NCBI GenBank assembly: GCA_964453405.1
Contig: CAYVOF010000001.1
Span: 67,531 to 117,287, forward strand
Direction of reading: 5' to 3'
Source of the DNA: an uncultured Candidatus Saccharibacteria bacterium
GTDB taxonomy: Bacteria > Patescibacteriota > Doudnabacteria > UBA920
DNA length: 49,757 nt
How positions within the stretch are numbered: the stretch's first letter is position 1; the number at the start of each line of letters is the position of its first letter. Shown here piece after piece: positions 9,404 to 17,887 of the stretch. The position numbers and the translations under genes are program-made. The notes under the pieces are model-generated. The model was not told the DNA's origin. It worked only from the letters and a program-made list of their open reading frames with translations, and made no database searches.

Positions 9404-12400
9404 ATGAACAAAGGGTCTGTTTCGCCGGCTCAAGCTCGGTATCGTATAAGGTTCAAAACTTATACTGTTCGCGATTCCGCACCACAGTCAGCCTTTCGTT
9501 TTAACCGTCAATGGTTAGGCAAAGGTTTGGCTTTTGTTGCGGTTTTTTCTTTACTATTTAGTAGTGTTGCCCCAAGTGTGGTTGTAGCAGCGGATGAGGA
9601 GGAGACTCCTGTAGTGGCTGTTGATGCAGTTGCGCCTTCCGAAAATTTGCCAGTAGAAATAATCAAAGTTTGGCAAGATGCTCAAGGTAATCCCATCCCA
9701 GCTTCACAAGTATCGAACAAGGGTGATTTAACTATCACTGCTAAAAATCATGACACTAATCCTGTTGGTCCTTTGGTGACTTGTACTTATTCTGGAGATA
9801 CACTTGGCTGTGATCAGTCTTTAACTATTCAACATGATGGTTATGAAATAGATGTAACCGAACCAACACTACCATCTGGGTGGGTAGTTTTTAGTGGTGT
9901 GGGTGTGGATCAAACTCCGATTTGTACTCAAACTGAAGTTGTTACTTGTACTCACACCGTTATAAACAGACAAGTGCCTGTTAATCCTGTCCCAACAATC
10001 GTCCATATCAATAAAGTTTGGCAAGACTCTAACGGTAATGTAATTCCGGCACCTGATAACAAGACTGACATTAAAATCACTGTAACTTATGGTGAAGCTG
10101 ATCATTCTGTTTGTACTTATGATGACGATACTCTAGTTTGTAACAATACAATTTACAGCCAAACTGGCGGGACAATCAACGTTGTAGAGACTGGTTTACC
10201 AACAGGTTGGGTAGTAGATGGGGACACAGTGGGTGTGGTTACTCCAGTATGTCCAATTGTTGAAGTTGATGCCAATGTCACAGATGGACAGAATTACTTA
10301 AATTGTACTGCAACTGTAATTAATAAATTAAAGACTCCGGCACCGTGTAATACACAATTAGTTGCTAACGGTGGTTTTGAAGTGCCTACAGTTATCACTA
10401 ACCAACAGTGGGATGTTTATCCATCTGGTACTCCAAACTTAGCGTGGAGTGCAAAGTGGGTTCGTACTGGTGGAAGTGAACCAGCGATTGCTAATGTTGA
10501 ATTGCATCGTGGTGTATCTGGATGGAATGCTCATGGTGGTCAACAGCACACTGAGTTAGATTCTGATTGGGGTGGCCCTAGTAGTGGTCAAAGTGGTGAA
10601 GACGCTTCAATCCAATTATTCCAAGATCTACCTACAGTTACTGGTCATAAATATATTGTGAGTTTTTGGACTTCTCCTCGTCCAGGACAGGGAACTGGTA
10701 ACAATGTTACTAAAGTAGAAATGGGCGGCACTGAATTAGAGACTATTACCGAAGACGGCACCGCTAACTCCAACACTGATTGGACTCAACACACTTATAC
10801 TTTTACAGCCAACTCTAGTTTGAGCCGTCTTTCATTCACTGACATGGGTGCCGGGGACAGTCTTGGTGGTTTCTTAGATGACGTTAGCGTTAAAGAACAA
10901 TGTGCTTCTGACGTTACAATTTGTAAATATGATGATGGTCAAACTCCGCTTCCGGGTTGGGATGTATTCTTAAAAGGTGAAAAAGTTGATACTGTAACAG
11001 TTAATCCTGATGGTAGTGATTACATGAGCGTTAATCTACCAGCTGGTGACTATCAATTAGTAGCAAGCGGTAAGTATGTTTACCGACCAGGTGATCCTGA
11101 TGCATCAGAATCTGACGCAGCATATTCCAAGCGGTTGCCAAGTGATTCTGTATACGGTGGACCATTTGCTCCTTGGGTTCGTGAATTAGATTTCCCAACT
11201 CCTTATACAGGGTTCTTGGGTATTGATGTTGACCATACTACTAGCTTTGATTGGGGAAGCACCTTTAACCCTCTACATGAATATTCTGGAGCTAAGAACA
11301 TGGCTTCTTCTGGACAAATGTCCTTCCGAATTTTAGATGACAACTATTCTGATAACTCTGGTCACTTAACTGTAGATATTTACCCAATTTATAAAGGTAC
11401 TACTGGTCGCAATGGTTGTGAAACAATGACTGTTCCTTTGGGCGATTATACTCTTGGTGAAATAATGCAAGACGGTTGGGAAAATGTCTTGGGTGATGGC
11501 AGTGAAGTAGTAATAAATGAATCTGAAGAAAATCTTACTTTAGTTAACAAGTGTATTTCTGAAGAATGTTCTCAGCTAGTTCCAAAACTTCACTTAATCA
11601 AAGTAGTTTGTGACCAATTCAGTGATGTTGCTGGAAACGAAAATGCTGATGAATTTGATAACACTCCAGACAGCAACTACACTCAGTTCTATAATTACGA
11701 TGATGGTGAATTTGATCTAAGCTATCTAATGGATGGTTACGTAACTCCTAATGAAATTCCAGGCAAAGAAAGTAACTGTTATCAGGCCAATGACTGGCAG
11801 TTTAAGTTAAGTACTGACCAAGGTCAGGAAAATAATGTTCAGACTGTAACTACAACTGACGGTGAATATGTAACTCCAATTTCTGGCTCAGGCTCAGATT
11901 TATCTAGCGAATTACAGCAAGGTATTCGTGGTCAAAACGATAACTCATTCTGGGTAAGCGAAGTAGAGCAGGAAGGTTATGATTTTGCTACAATTCGTTG
12001 TAACAACGATGTACTTTACGGTGATAATCTAGAATACATTAATATCGGTGATAGTAACCCAACTGATATTTACTGTATCGCTTACAACATCACTAAAGTT
12101 GAACCTTGCCGAACTCAGGACCCAGCAATTGCTAGCGGTACCGTTACTAAATTTGAAGGTTTAACTGAAACCGATCCTCTTACTACTTTGGGCTTAGACA
12201 ATCCTGCTTCTTATCCAAACGGTACAGCGGGTAATGCTGTAGCAGCAGGTCCAACCGGCTTCCCTGGTGCGTGGGATGGTCCGCAAAATGACTCTAACAT
12301 TACCGAAGGTAGCGCGTTTTGGGTCAGTAATGACTCTGTGCAGCCAACCAACCCACCTGGTCCAAATCCAGGACAGAACGGCTCGGTAGATACATGGCGC

Positions 12401-13372
12401 TTATATACTCATACCTTTACTATTCCAGCAGGAGCCACTTCACTTTCACCAGCAGTATTGTACTTCTCGGCTGATAATGAAGTTACAGCGTTCTTGGATG
12501 GCACTCAAGTTGGCTTTAACAATAGCTTTGCAGTTACAGCAACTAGTCCATTAGCACTTACAACTGGTACTCATACTCTTGCCTTTGCAGTTAAGAACTG
12601 GGCTTTTGAACCAGAAAATAATCCAACTGGCTTGATCTATAATCTAGACTTTACTTATTGCGGTGAACCAACTGGCCAGGGCGGAGATCTCTACTCTATA
12701 AGCGGTAAAGTTTATCACGACAATAATTCTCAAAATGGTACTTTAGACCCAGAAGCAGAAGACGGTCTAGCTACATGGACAGTTTATATTGACGGTAACA
12801 ACAACAATGCGCTTGATGGCGAAGAAATGAGTATAGAATCTGATAGTAATGGTAATTATTCTTTTAATAACTTACTAGCTGGTTGTTATACAATCCGCGA
12901 AATTGTTAAAGAAGGTTGGACTCAAACTGAACCAACCGCAGTCGATGACTTTGAGTACATGGTATCTGTTGGTGGAGTTTCCTGTTCACCAGATACATTA
13001 CTTCAAAAAGTAAAAGACTTCTTTATCCCTACAGCAGGCGCTGCTATTATCAACCCTGACAATATGAACTTTGGTAACATCGAAGCTGATATCGGTGGTT
13101 GTACCAGTAATTGTGGCGGCGGTGGAGGCGGCGGTTCTAATGGCGGCGGTGGTGGAGATGGAACAGTTCCACAAACTCCTCCAGGTCGAGTATTAGGTGA
13201 TGATACAACAATCCCTAGTGATCCAGTACCTCAGGTATTAGGTGCAGTTACAGAACTTCCTCGCACTGGTATGCCTATGCTAAGCTTGGTCTTGATGTTT
13301 GCGGCTACTTTAGGAATCCTCTTGGTTCCTGCAGCTGTTCAATTCAAAAAAGCTAAGCAACTCAATCCTTAA
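9404..13372 (+). CDS. large LPXTG-anchored cell-surface protein (tandem Cna-B/SpaA-like modules, DUF642/CBM-like module, SdrD-B-like module, Gly linker, LPRTG sorting signal)
   Basis: Two tandem modules begin KVWQDAQGNPIP and KVWQDSNGNVIP. LVANGGFEVP... resembles a DUF642-like jelly roll. GKVYHDNNSQNGTLDPEAEDGL...SDSNGNYSFNNL resembles an SdrD B repeat. The C-terminus is LPRTG plus a hydrophobic helix plus KKAK. Confidence 0.85.
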   Translation: MNKGSVSPAQARYRIRFKTYTVRDSAPQSAFRFNRQWLGKGLAFVAVFSLLFSSVAPSVVVAADEEETPVVAVDAVAPSENLPVEIIKVWQDAQGNPIPASQVSNKGDLTITAKNHDTNPVGPLVTCTYSGDTLGCDQSLTIQHDGYEIDVTEPTLPSGWVVFSGVGVDQTPICTQTEVVTCTHTVINRQVPVNPVPTIVHINKVWQDSNGNVIPAPDNKTDIKITVTYGEADHSVCTYDDDTLVCNNTIYSQTGGTINVVETGLPTGWVVDGDTVGVVTPVCPIVEVDANVTDGQNYLNCTATVINKLKTPAPCNTQLVANGGFEVPTVITNQQWDVYPSGTPNLAWSAKWVRTGGSEPAIANVELHRGVSGWNAHGGQQHTELDSDWGGPSSGQSGEDASIQLFQDLPTVTGHKYIVSFWTSPRPGQGTGNNVTKVEMGGTELETITEDGTANSNTDWTQHTYTFTANSSLSRLSFTDMGAGDSLGGFLDDVSVKEQCASDVTICKYDDGQTPLPGWDVFLKGEKVDTVTVNPDGSDYMSVNLPAGDYQLVASGKYVYRPGDPDASESDAAYSKRLPSDSVYGGPFAPWVRELDFPTPYTGFLGIDVDHTTSFDWGSTFNPLHEYSGAKNMASSGQMSFRILDDNYSDNSGHLTVDIYPIYKGTTGRNGCETMTVPLGDYTLGEIMQDGWENVLGDGSEVVINESEENLTLVNKCISEECSQLVPKLHLIKVVCDQFSDVAGNENADEFDNTPDSNYTQFYNYDDGEFDLSYLMDGYVTPNEIPGKESNCYQANDWQFKLSTDQGQENNVQTVTTTDGEYVTPISGSGSDLSSELQQGIRGQNDNSFWVSEVEQEGYDFATIRCNNDVLYGDNLEYINIGDSNPTDIYCIAYNITKVEPCRTQDPAIASGTVTKFEGLTETDPLTTLGLDNPASYPNGTAGNAVAAGPTGFPGAWDGPQNDSNITEGSAFWVSNDSVQPTNPPGPNPGQNGSVDTWRLYTHTFTIPAGATSLSPAVLYFSADNEVTAFLDGTQVGFNNSFAVTATSPLALTTGTHTLAFAVKNWAFEPENNPTGLIYNLDFTYCGEPTGQGGDLYSISGKVYHDNNSQNGTLDPEAEDGLATWTVYIDGNNNNALDGEEMSIESDSNGNYSFNNLLAGCYTIREIVKEGWTQTEPTAVDDFEYMVSVGGVSCSPDTLLQKVKDFFIPTAGAAIINPDNMNFGNIEADIGGCTSNCGGGGGGGSNGGGGGDGTVPQTPPGRVLGDDTTIPSDPVPQVLGAVTELPRTGMPMLSLVLMFAATLGILLVPAAVQFKKAKQLNP

Positions 13373-13385
13373 AAGTGATATAATA

Positions 13386-13421
13386 AAACTACCCATTGGC
13401 TCAAGCTGGCGGGTAGTTTTT
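13386..13421 (+). terminator. hairpin plus T-run after the surface-protein gene
   Basis: AAACTACCC / GGGTAGTTT stem with a 16-nt loop and trailing Ts. Confidence 0.5.
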
Positions 13422-13444
13422 GGTTATTATTAGCTCTAAATTAT

Positions 13445-14062
13445 ATGACGCCTCAGGTGTATAAAATGTTTAAATATGTGATTATCCTCGCTATTATCAT
13501 TGTGGTCGGATTTGTACTGCTTAATTTTGATTATTTTGTTAAGCAAGTCCGTTATTTTATGAGCGAGACTTTTGTGACAGACATACAGCGTCAAAATCTT
13601 CGCGATGAACATCCAATTACTGTTGAGCCAGATCAATTAATTATTCCTTCTTTATTAGATACAGTCGCACCTATTAAGTATGTTAGTGAAACTAATGAAG
13701 CAGCTTATCAAACGGCTTTAAAAGAAGGAGTGGTTCATTTTCCTGGTACTGCTGATGTGGGACAGGAAGGGAATGTATATATTTTTGGGCATTCATCGGA
13801 TTATGCTCTTTCTGACGGAAAGTACAAGACTATTTTTGCATTATTACCAAAAATAGAAATTGGCGCCGAGATTTTAATATCTGATCATGATGGACGACAG
13901 TATAAATATATTGTTTATGACAAATTTGTTGCGGAAAAGAATCAGGTGGAGTTGTTATCTCAAGAAACTGGTCAACACAAAATTTTAACCGTACAAACAT
14001 CGTATCCAATTGGCACTGCTCTAAAAAGATTTATTGTGAAGGCTGAACTGGAAGACAACTAA
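13445..14062 (+). CDS. sortase-family protein lacking the catalytic cysteine (Ser at the TLxTC position)
   Basis: N-terminal TM helix. The sortase His motif is GNVYIFGHSS. The TLxTC-equivalent reads LTVQTS (codon TCG). The Arg motif is KRFIVKA. The protein has no Cys anywhere. Confidence 0.8.
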   Translation: MTPQVYKMFKYVIILAIIIVVGFVLLNFDYFVKQVRYFMSETFVTDIQRQNLRDEHPITVEPDQLIIPSLLDTVAPIKYVSETNEAAYQTALKEGVVHFPGTADVGQEGNVYIFGHSSDYALSDGKYKTIFALLPKIEIGAEILISDHDGRQYKYIVYDKFVAEKNQVELLSQETGQHKILTVQTSYPIGTALKRFIVKAELEDN

Positions 14063-14171
14063 TTGTAAAGTTGGCTTAAATAAGAGAAATTTTTTGTGAG
14101 GAAGATGTCCATATTCAAAAAACCCTAAAATTTTATAGAGTTTTCCCCATAAACCCTTGACGAATTTCAAA

Positions 14172-14197
14172 AAACCCTTGTAAATCAGAGGGTTTTT
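14172..14197 (+). terminator. rho-independent terminator after the sortase gene
   Basis: AAACCCT / AGGGTTT stem followed by a T-run. Confidence 0.6.
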
Positions 14198-14312
14198 AGT
14201 TACTATTAATTTATACATAAGAGCTCGAATCCGAGCAATTTAATTAAATAATTATCTTTTACATTGCGCTGGTTCGCCAGCCGCTTCATCAAAAGATAAA
14301 AGGAAAACAAGA

Positions 14313-14585
14313 ATGACTAAGTCAGAAATCTTGCAGCACCTTGCCGAAAAAACTGGCAAGACCAAAAAAGAAGTTATCGAATTCATGGACGCCATGGTCG
14401 AATTAGCTTACAAAGAAACTAAGTCTAGCGGTGAATTTTCTATCCCTGGTTTAGGTAAGCTTAAGAAGAAGCACCGTGATGCTCGTATGGGCCGAAACCC
14501 TGCAACTGGCGCGACTATTTCTATTCCAGCAAAGACTGTAGTTAAGTTTACAGTTGCTAAAGCTGCTAAAGATTCTATTCTTTAA
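14313..14585 (+). CDS. hup: HU/IHF-family DNA-binding protein
   Basis: MTKSEILQHLAEKTG...FSIPGLGKLKKKHRDARMGRNPATGATISIPAKTVVKF (HU arm motif R-x-G-R-N-P-x-T-G). Confidence 0.9.
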   Translation: MTKSEILQHLAEKTGKTKKEVIEFMDAMVELAYKETKSSGEFSIPGLGKLKKKHRDARMGRNPATGATISIPAKTVVKFTVAKAAKDSIL

Positions 14586-14596
14586 GAACATGTAAA

Positions 14597-14692
14597 AATC
14601 CCAGAGAAATAAATATCTTTTCACCCAGTCGCTACGTTTCGCTCTGCGAAACTGGGCGACTGAGGCTCAGTCGATATTTTTTCTCTGGGATT
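14597..14692. terminator. 96-nt multi-hairpin element between convergent genes (probable bidirectional terminator, possibly more)
   Basis: A 13-bp outer stem, AATCCCAGAGAAA (14597-14609) / TTTCTCTGGGATT (14680-14692), encloses GTTTCGC-TCT-GCGAAAC and competing CAGTCGC/GCGACTG and GACTGAG/CTCAGTC pairings. Confidence 0.5.
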
Positions 14693-14717
14693 ACTGTTTT
14701 AAAGAATAAATTAAATG

Positions 14718-15263
14718 CTAGTTATTGATAGGGGGAGCACCAGCTTGGTTATTTACAGAAAGTTCCGCAGACTTTTCTGGATTAGCTAGTACTTCCTGCA
14801 CTTTTTTAAGAATTTCCTCGGTAGTAAAATAGGCCTTCACAAGATAAGCTTGCACATCAAGTGCCTTAGTCTTGAGGATGTCTTTGTTGCTCCAGAGGTT
14901 GCTAAGAATGATAATTGGAGTTTTAGCGATCTTGGCGTCAGGATTCTTGCGAATCGTTTCCAGAACCTTAAAACCATCGACTTCGGGCAACATCAAATCT
15001 AGCAAAACCAAACTTGGTTTTTCTGAGATTATTAGATCTATGCCTTCTTGGCCATCTTCTGCCTCTTTTACATTAAAGCCGTTAGTAGATAGCTTGTGGG
15101 CCACGATTTCGCGCATCGCTATGTCGTCTTCGACTACTACGATAGTAAGGTTGGTCGAGGAGGAAGCTAGTGGTGTCGGGGTTGCGGCTGGAGCTGCGCT
15201 AGTCGCCGGCTGGGGCGCTTGAGCCTCTGCAGGGGTAGATTGTGCGTTTGTTGGAGTATCCAT
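14718..15263 (-). CDS. stand-alone response-regulator receiver protein with an Ala/Pro/Thr-rich N-terminal tail
   Basis: VVVEDD...LVLLDLMLPEVDGF...PIIILSNL receiver motifs. No output domain. A TGGTATAAT box lies 10 nt upstream of the ATG. Confidence 0.85.
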   Translation of the reverse strand: MDTPTNAQSTPAEAQAPQPATSAAPAATPTPLASSSTNLTIVVVEDDIAMREIVAHKLSTNGFNVKEAEDGQEGIDLIISEKPSLVLLDLMLPEVDGFKVLETIRKNPDAKIAKTPIIILSNLWSNKDILKTKALDVQAYLVKAYFTTEEILKKVQEVLANPEKSAELSVNNQAGAPPINN

Positions 15264-15308
15264 AAGTGGGTTTATTATACCATAAATTACAGATAATTTT
15301 TAAATAGC

Positions 15309-16355
15309 ATGAATGAGCATATTGAGTTATTAGAAGAATTTGATAATCACAAGTTAGTATCGTTCGTTTTTGATAAAAAGCATAAAGTAGAAGCATATAT
15401 CGCTCTTCATAGGGGTAGTTTAACTAGTCCAAGTTTTGGAGCGACGAGGATAGTTAAGTATAGTCAAAAGGAAGATGCTTTGCGAGATGCACTGCGACTA
15501 TCGAGGTTAATGTCATACAAGGCGGCAATGGCTGGTTTGGATTATGGTGGTGGTAAGGGTGTAATCTTGCTTCCTGATAACATTACTGACGCTGAGCGTT
15601 CAAAAATTATTGAGTGTTACTGCGAAGCTTTAAATTACTACGGTGGCCACTTTGTAACAGGTGCGGATGTGGGAATTACAGATGATGATATGAAGATTAT
15701 GCATAAGCATAGTCAGTATATTGTTGGTGTCGAAAGTAATCCTGTTTTACATACAGCCCAAGGTTTATTTAAAGCCATTGAATTTTGTGTTGAAAAAAAG
15801 TTTGAAGATAGGGATTTGGGAAAACGTTCGTTTGCTATTCAAGGTGTGGGTAAAATAGGAACTGCATTATTAGAGCAGCTGTATGGCAAAGCCGCGAAAA
15901 TTGTTGTCACAGATCTAGACAATGACAGGTTAAAAGAAATCAAAAAGCAATATCCAGACGTCGAAGTAGTAGCGCCTACAGAAATTTATAAACAAGCGGT
16001 AGATGTATTTAGTCCTTGTGCGTTGAGTAATTCACTTACTTCTAAGACTATCACTCAGTTAAAAGCCTCGATAGTTTGTGGTGGAGCTAATAACCAATTG
16101 CAGGATAAATCAGTGGGTGAGTTATTGCACTCGTTAGGTATTTTGTATGCGCCTGATTACGTAGTGAATTGCGGCGGATTGATTTCGGTGGTAGATGAAT
16201 ATGAGCATAAAGGGTTTGATGCAAATCGTATTCAAACTCGTTTGAATAACATTGTTGTGATTCTTAAAGAGATTTTCACCCGAAGTCAAATGAACAATCG
16301 CGCTACTAACATTATTGCCGACGAAATGGCAGAAGAAATTTTTAATGGCCGTTAA
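15309..16355 (+). CDS. Glu/Leu/Phe/Val dehydrogenase family (Leu/Phe-dehydrogenase-like, 348 aa)
   Basis: DYGGGKGVI catalytic-Lys motif, FVTGADVG, GVGKIG Rossmann motif, and a size typical of Leu/Phe/Val dehydrogenases. Confidence 0.85.
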   Translation: MNEHIELLEEFDNHKLVSFVFDKKHKVEAYIALHRGSLTSPSFGATRIVKYSQKEDALRDALRLSRLMSYKAAMAGLDYGGGKGVILLPDNITDAERSKIIECYCEALNYYGGHFVTGADVGITDDDMKIMHKHSQYIVGVESNPVLHTAQGLFKAIEFCVEKKFEDRDLGKRSFAIQGVGKIGTALLEQLYGKAAKIVVTDLDNDRLKEIKKQYPDVEVVAPTEIYKQAVDVFSPCALSNSLTSKTITQLKASIVCGGANNQLQDKSVGELLHSLGILYAPDYVVNCGGLISVVDEYEHKGFDANRIQTRLNNIVVILKEIFTRSQMNNRATNIIADEMAEEIFNGR

Positions 16356-17883
16356 AAAACATGATAATCTTTCTTTTCCAACAGTGCTGCAAAAAGCAGA
16401 TATTACTGCTTTGGAAAAGAATCTTAAAACAAAACCAGATAGTTTTTGGAATAAGCGCGGGGAAGCTCGTGCTTTAAAGCTATTTCAGGAAATGGCTAAA
16501 CGAGTTCCTGCTTATAAAGATTTTTTAAAAAAGCATAAAGTTAATCCAACGAAGATTAAGAGCGCGGCAGATTTTGCTTTAGTGCCGCCAGTTGATAAGA
16601 AGAATTATCTACGAGCATATCCATTGGAACAATTGTGTTGGGACGGAGTATTGAACAAGCAGCAATCGGTTTATGCTTCGACATCTGGAACCACAGGGGA
16701 ACCCTTTTACTTTCCTCGTACAGATGCGCAAAGTCATCAGTATGCAATGACTGCGGAATTATATTTGCGCAATAATTTTCAAATTCATAAAAAATCTACT
16801 TTGTATATTAATGGGTTCGCAATGGGTGCGTGGATCGGCGGATTATTTACTTACGAAGCAATTCAAATTTTACAAAAAAAAGGTTACGACATTAGCGTAA
16901 TTACGCCCGGGGTAAACGCTAAAGAAATTTTAAAAGCCGTACGCGAGCTGGGTCCAAAGTATGATCAGATTATTTTGGGCGGCTACCCGCCGTTTGTAAA
17001 AGATACAATTGATTTGGGTGTAAGTGAAGGCGTGCATTGGAAAAAATACAATATGGGTATTATTTTTTCTGCCGAAGGTTTTACCGAACAATTCCGTGAT
17101 TACATTGTAAAGACTGCTGGTTTAAAAAATATTTACACCTCTACGTTGAATCACTATGGGACTGTTGATGAAGGCACTCACTCGCACGAAACGCCGTTAT
17201 CGATTTTAGTTCGCCGTTTAACAAATAAGAATAAGAGCTATAAAAAGGCACTGTTTCCAGAGACTGATCGACAGCCAACCTTAACTCAATATCTTCCAGA
17301 AATGTTTTATTTTGAAAGCGATAATGGTAATTTGTTGTGCTCCGCATTTAGCGGTTTGCCTTTGTTTAGGTATGATTTAAAAGATCGCGGTGGCATAATT
17401 CCGTTTAATGATGTTTTCGAAAAAGGGAAGGGGACTGGTGTTGATTTAGCAAAAGAAGTCCGCGCCAATAAATTAAAAGACACCATTTGGAACCTGCCCT
17501 TTGTTTACTTGTACGAGCGCAGTGATATGGTGGTGAGTTGGTATGGAGCAAATATTTACCCAGAGCATCTACGTACGGCTCATTTAGATAAAAGAGTTAA
17601 TAATAAAGTTTCTGGTAAATTCGCAATGCATATGATCAGTAATAAGAAATTGGACCCTGTATTGGAAGTTCATGTAGAATTAAAAAAAGGCATAAAGGCA
17701 ACTAGGAATTTTGCTAAAAATTTTACGGAACATTTAGTTAAAACCTTAAAGACATTTAACTCAGAATATAAAAATAATCATACTCATGCTCCACAAAAAA
17801 ACGTGCCCCGTATAAAGTTTTGGGAGTATCAAGTTGGTCCTCACTTCGCCGCAGCAGGCAAACAAAAATGGGTAATTAAATAA
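16345..17883 (+). CDS. adenylate-forming ligase, PaaK / coenzyme F390 synthetase-like
   Basis: TSGTTGEPFYFPRT AMP-binding P-loop of the PaaK/F390 clade. The ATG at 16345 overlaps the upstream stop by 11 nt; the track start at 16315 is an alternative. Confidence 0.75.
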   Translation: MAVKKHDNLSFPTVLQKADITALEKNLKTKPDSFWNKRGEARALKLFQEMAKRVPAYKDFLKKHKVNPTKIKSAADFALVPPVDKKNYLRAYPLEQLCWDGVLNKQQSVYASTSGTTGEPFYFPRTDAQSHQYAMTAELYLRNNFQIHKKSTLYINGFAMGAWIGGLFTYEAIQILQKKGYDISVITPGVNAKEILKAVRELGPKYDQIILGGYPPFVKDTIDLGVSEGVHWKKYNMGIIFSAEGFTEQFRDYIVKTAGLKNIYTSTLNHYGTVDEGTHSHETPLSILVRRLTNKNKSYKKALFPETDRQPTLTQYLPEMFYFESDNGNLLCSAFSGLPLFRYDLKDRGGIIPFNDVFEKGKGTGVDLAKEVRANKLKDTIWNLPFVYLYERSDMVVSWYGANIYPEHLRTAHLDKRVNNKVSGKFAMHMISNKKLDPVLEVHVELKKGIKATRNFAKNFTEHLVKTLKTFNSEYKNNHTHAPQKNVPRIKFWEYQVGPHFAAAGKQKWVIK

Positions 17884-17887
17884 ATTT

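Noticed and set aside
13081-13160. GGC/GGT-rich repetitive DNA.
   Set aside because: It lies in frame inside the surface-protein gene and encodes a poly-Gly linker (GGGGGGSNGGGGGDG) before the LPRTG signal. It is not a CRISPR array or a non-coding tandem repeat.
14200-14312. A tRNA-like T-loop sequence (GCTCGAATCCGAGC) and a UUCG-capped hairpin (GCTGG-TTCG-CCAGC inside TATCTTTT...AAAAGATA) upstream of hup.
   Set aside because: No acceptor, D or anticodon arms can be built around the T-loop-like motif. The hairpins are probably just 5'-UTR structure of hup. I noted them but they are too weak to call as a feature.
16315-16344. The track start codon at 16315 for the PaaK-like ligase, and similar long N-terminal extensions at 2057, 8597, 31927, 40578, 46776 and 49073.
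   Set aside because: The extensions overlap upstream genes, terminators or divergent genes. Downstream ATGs align better with family N-termini or with SD sites, so those were used in the feature table.
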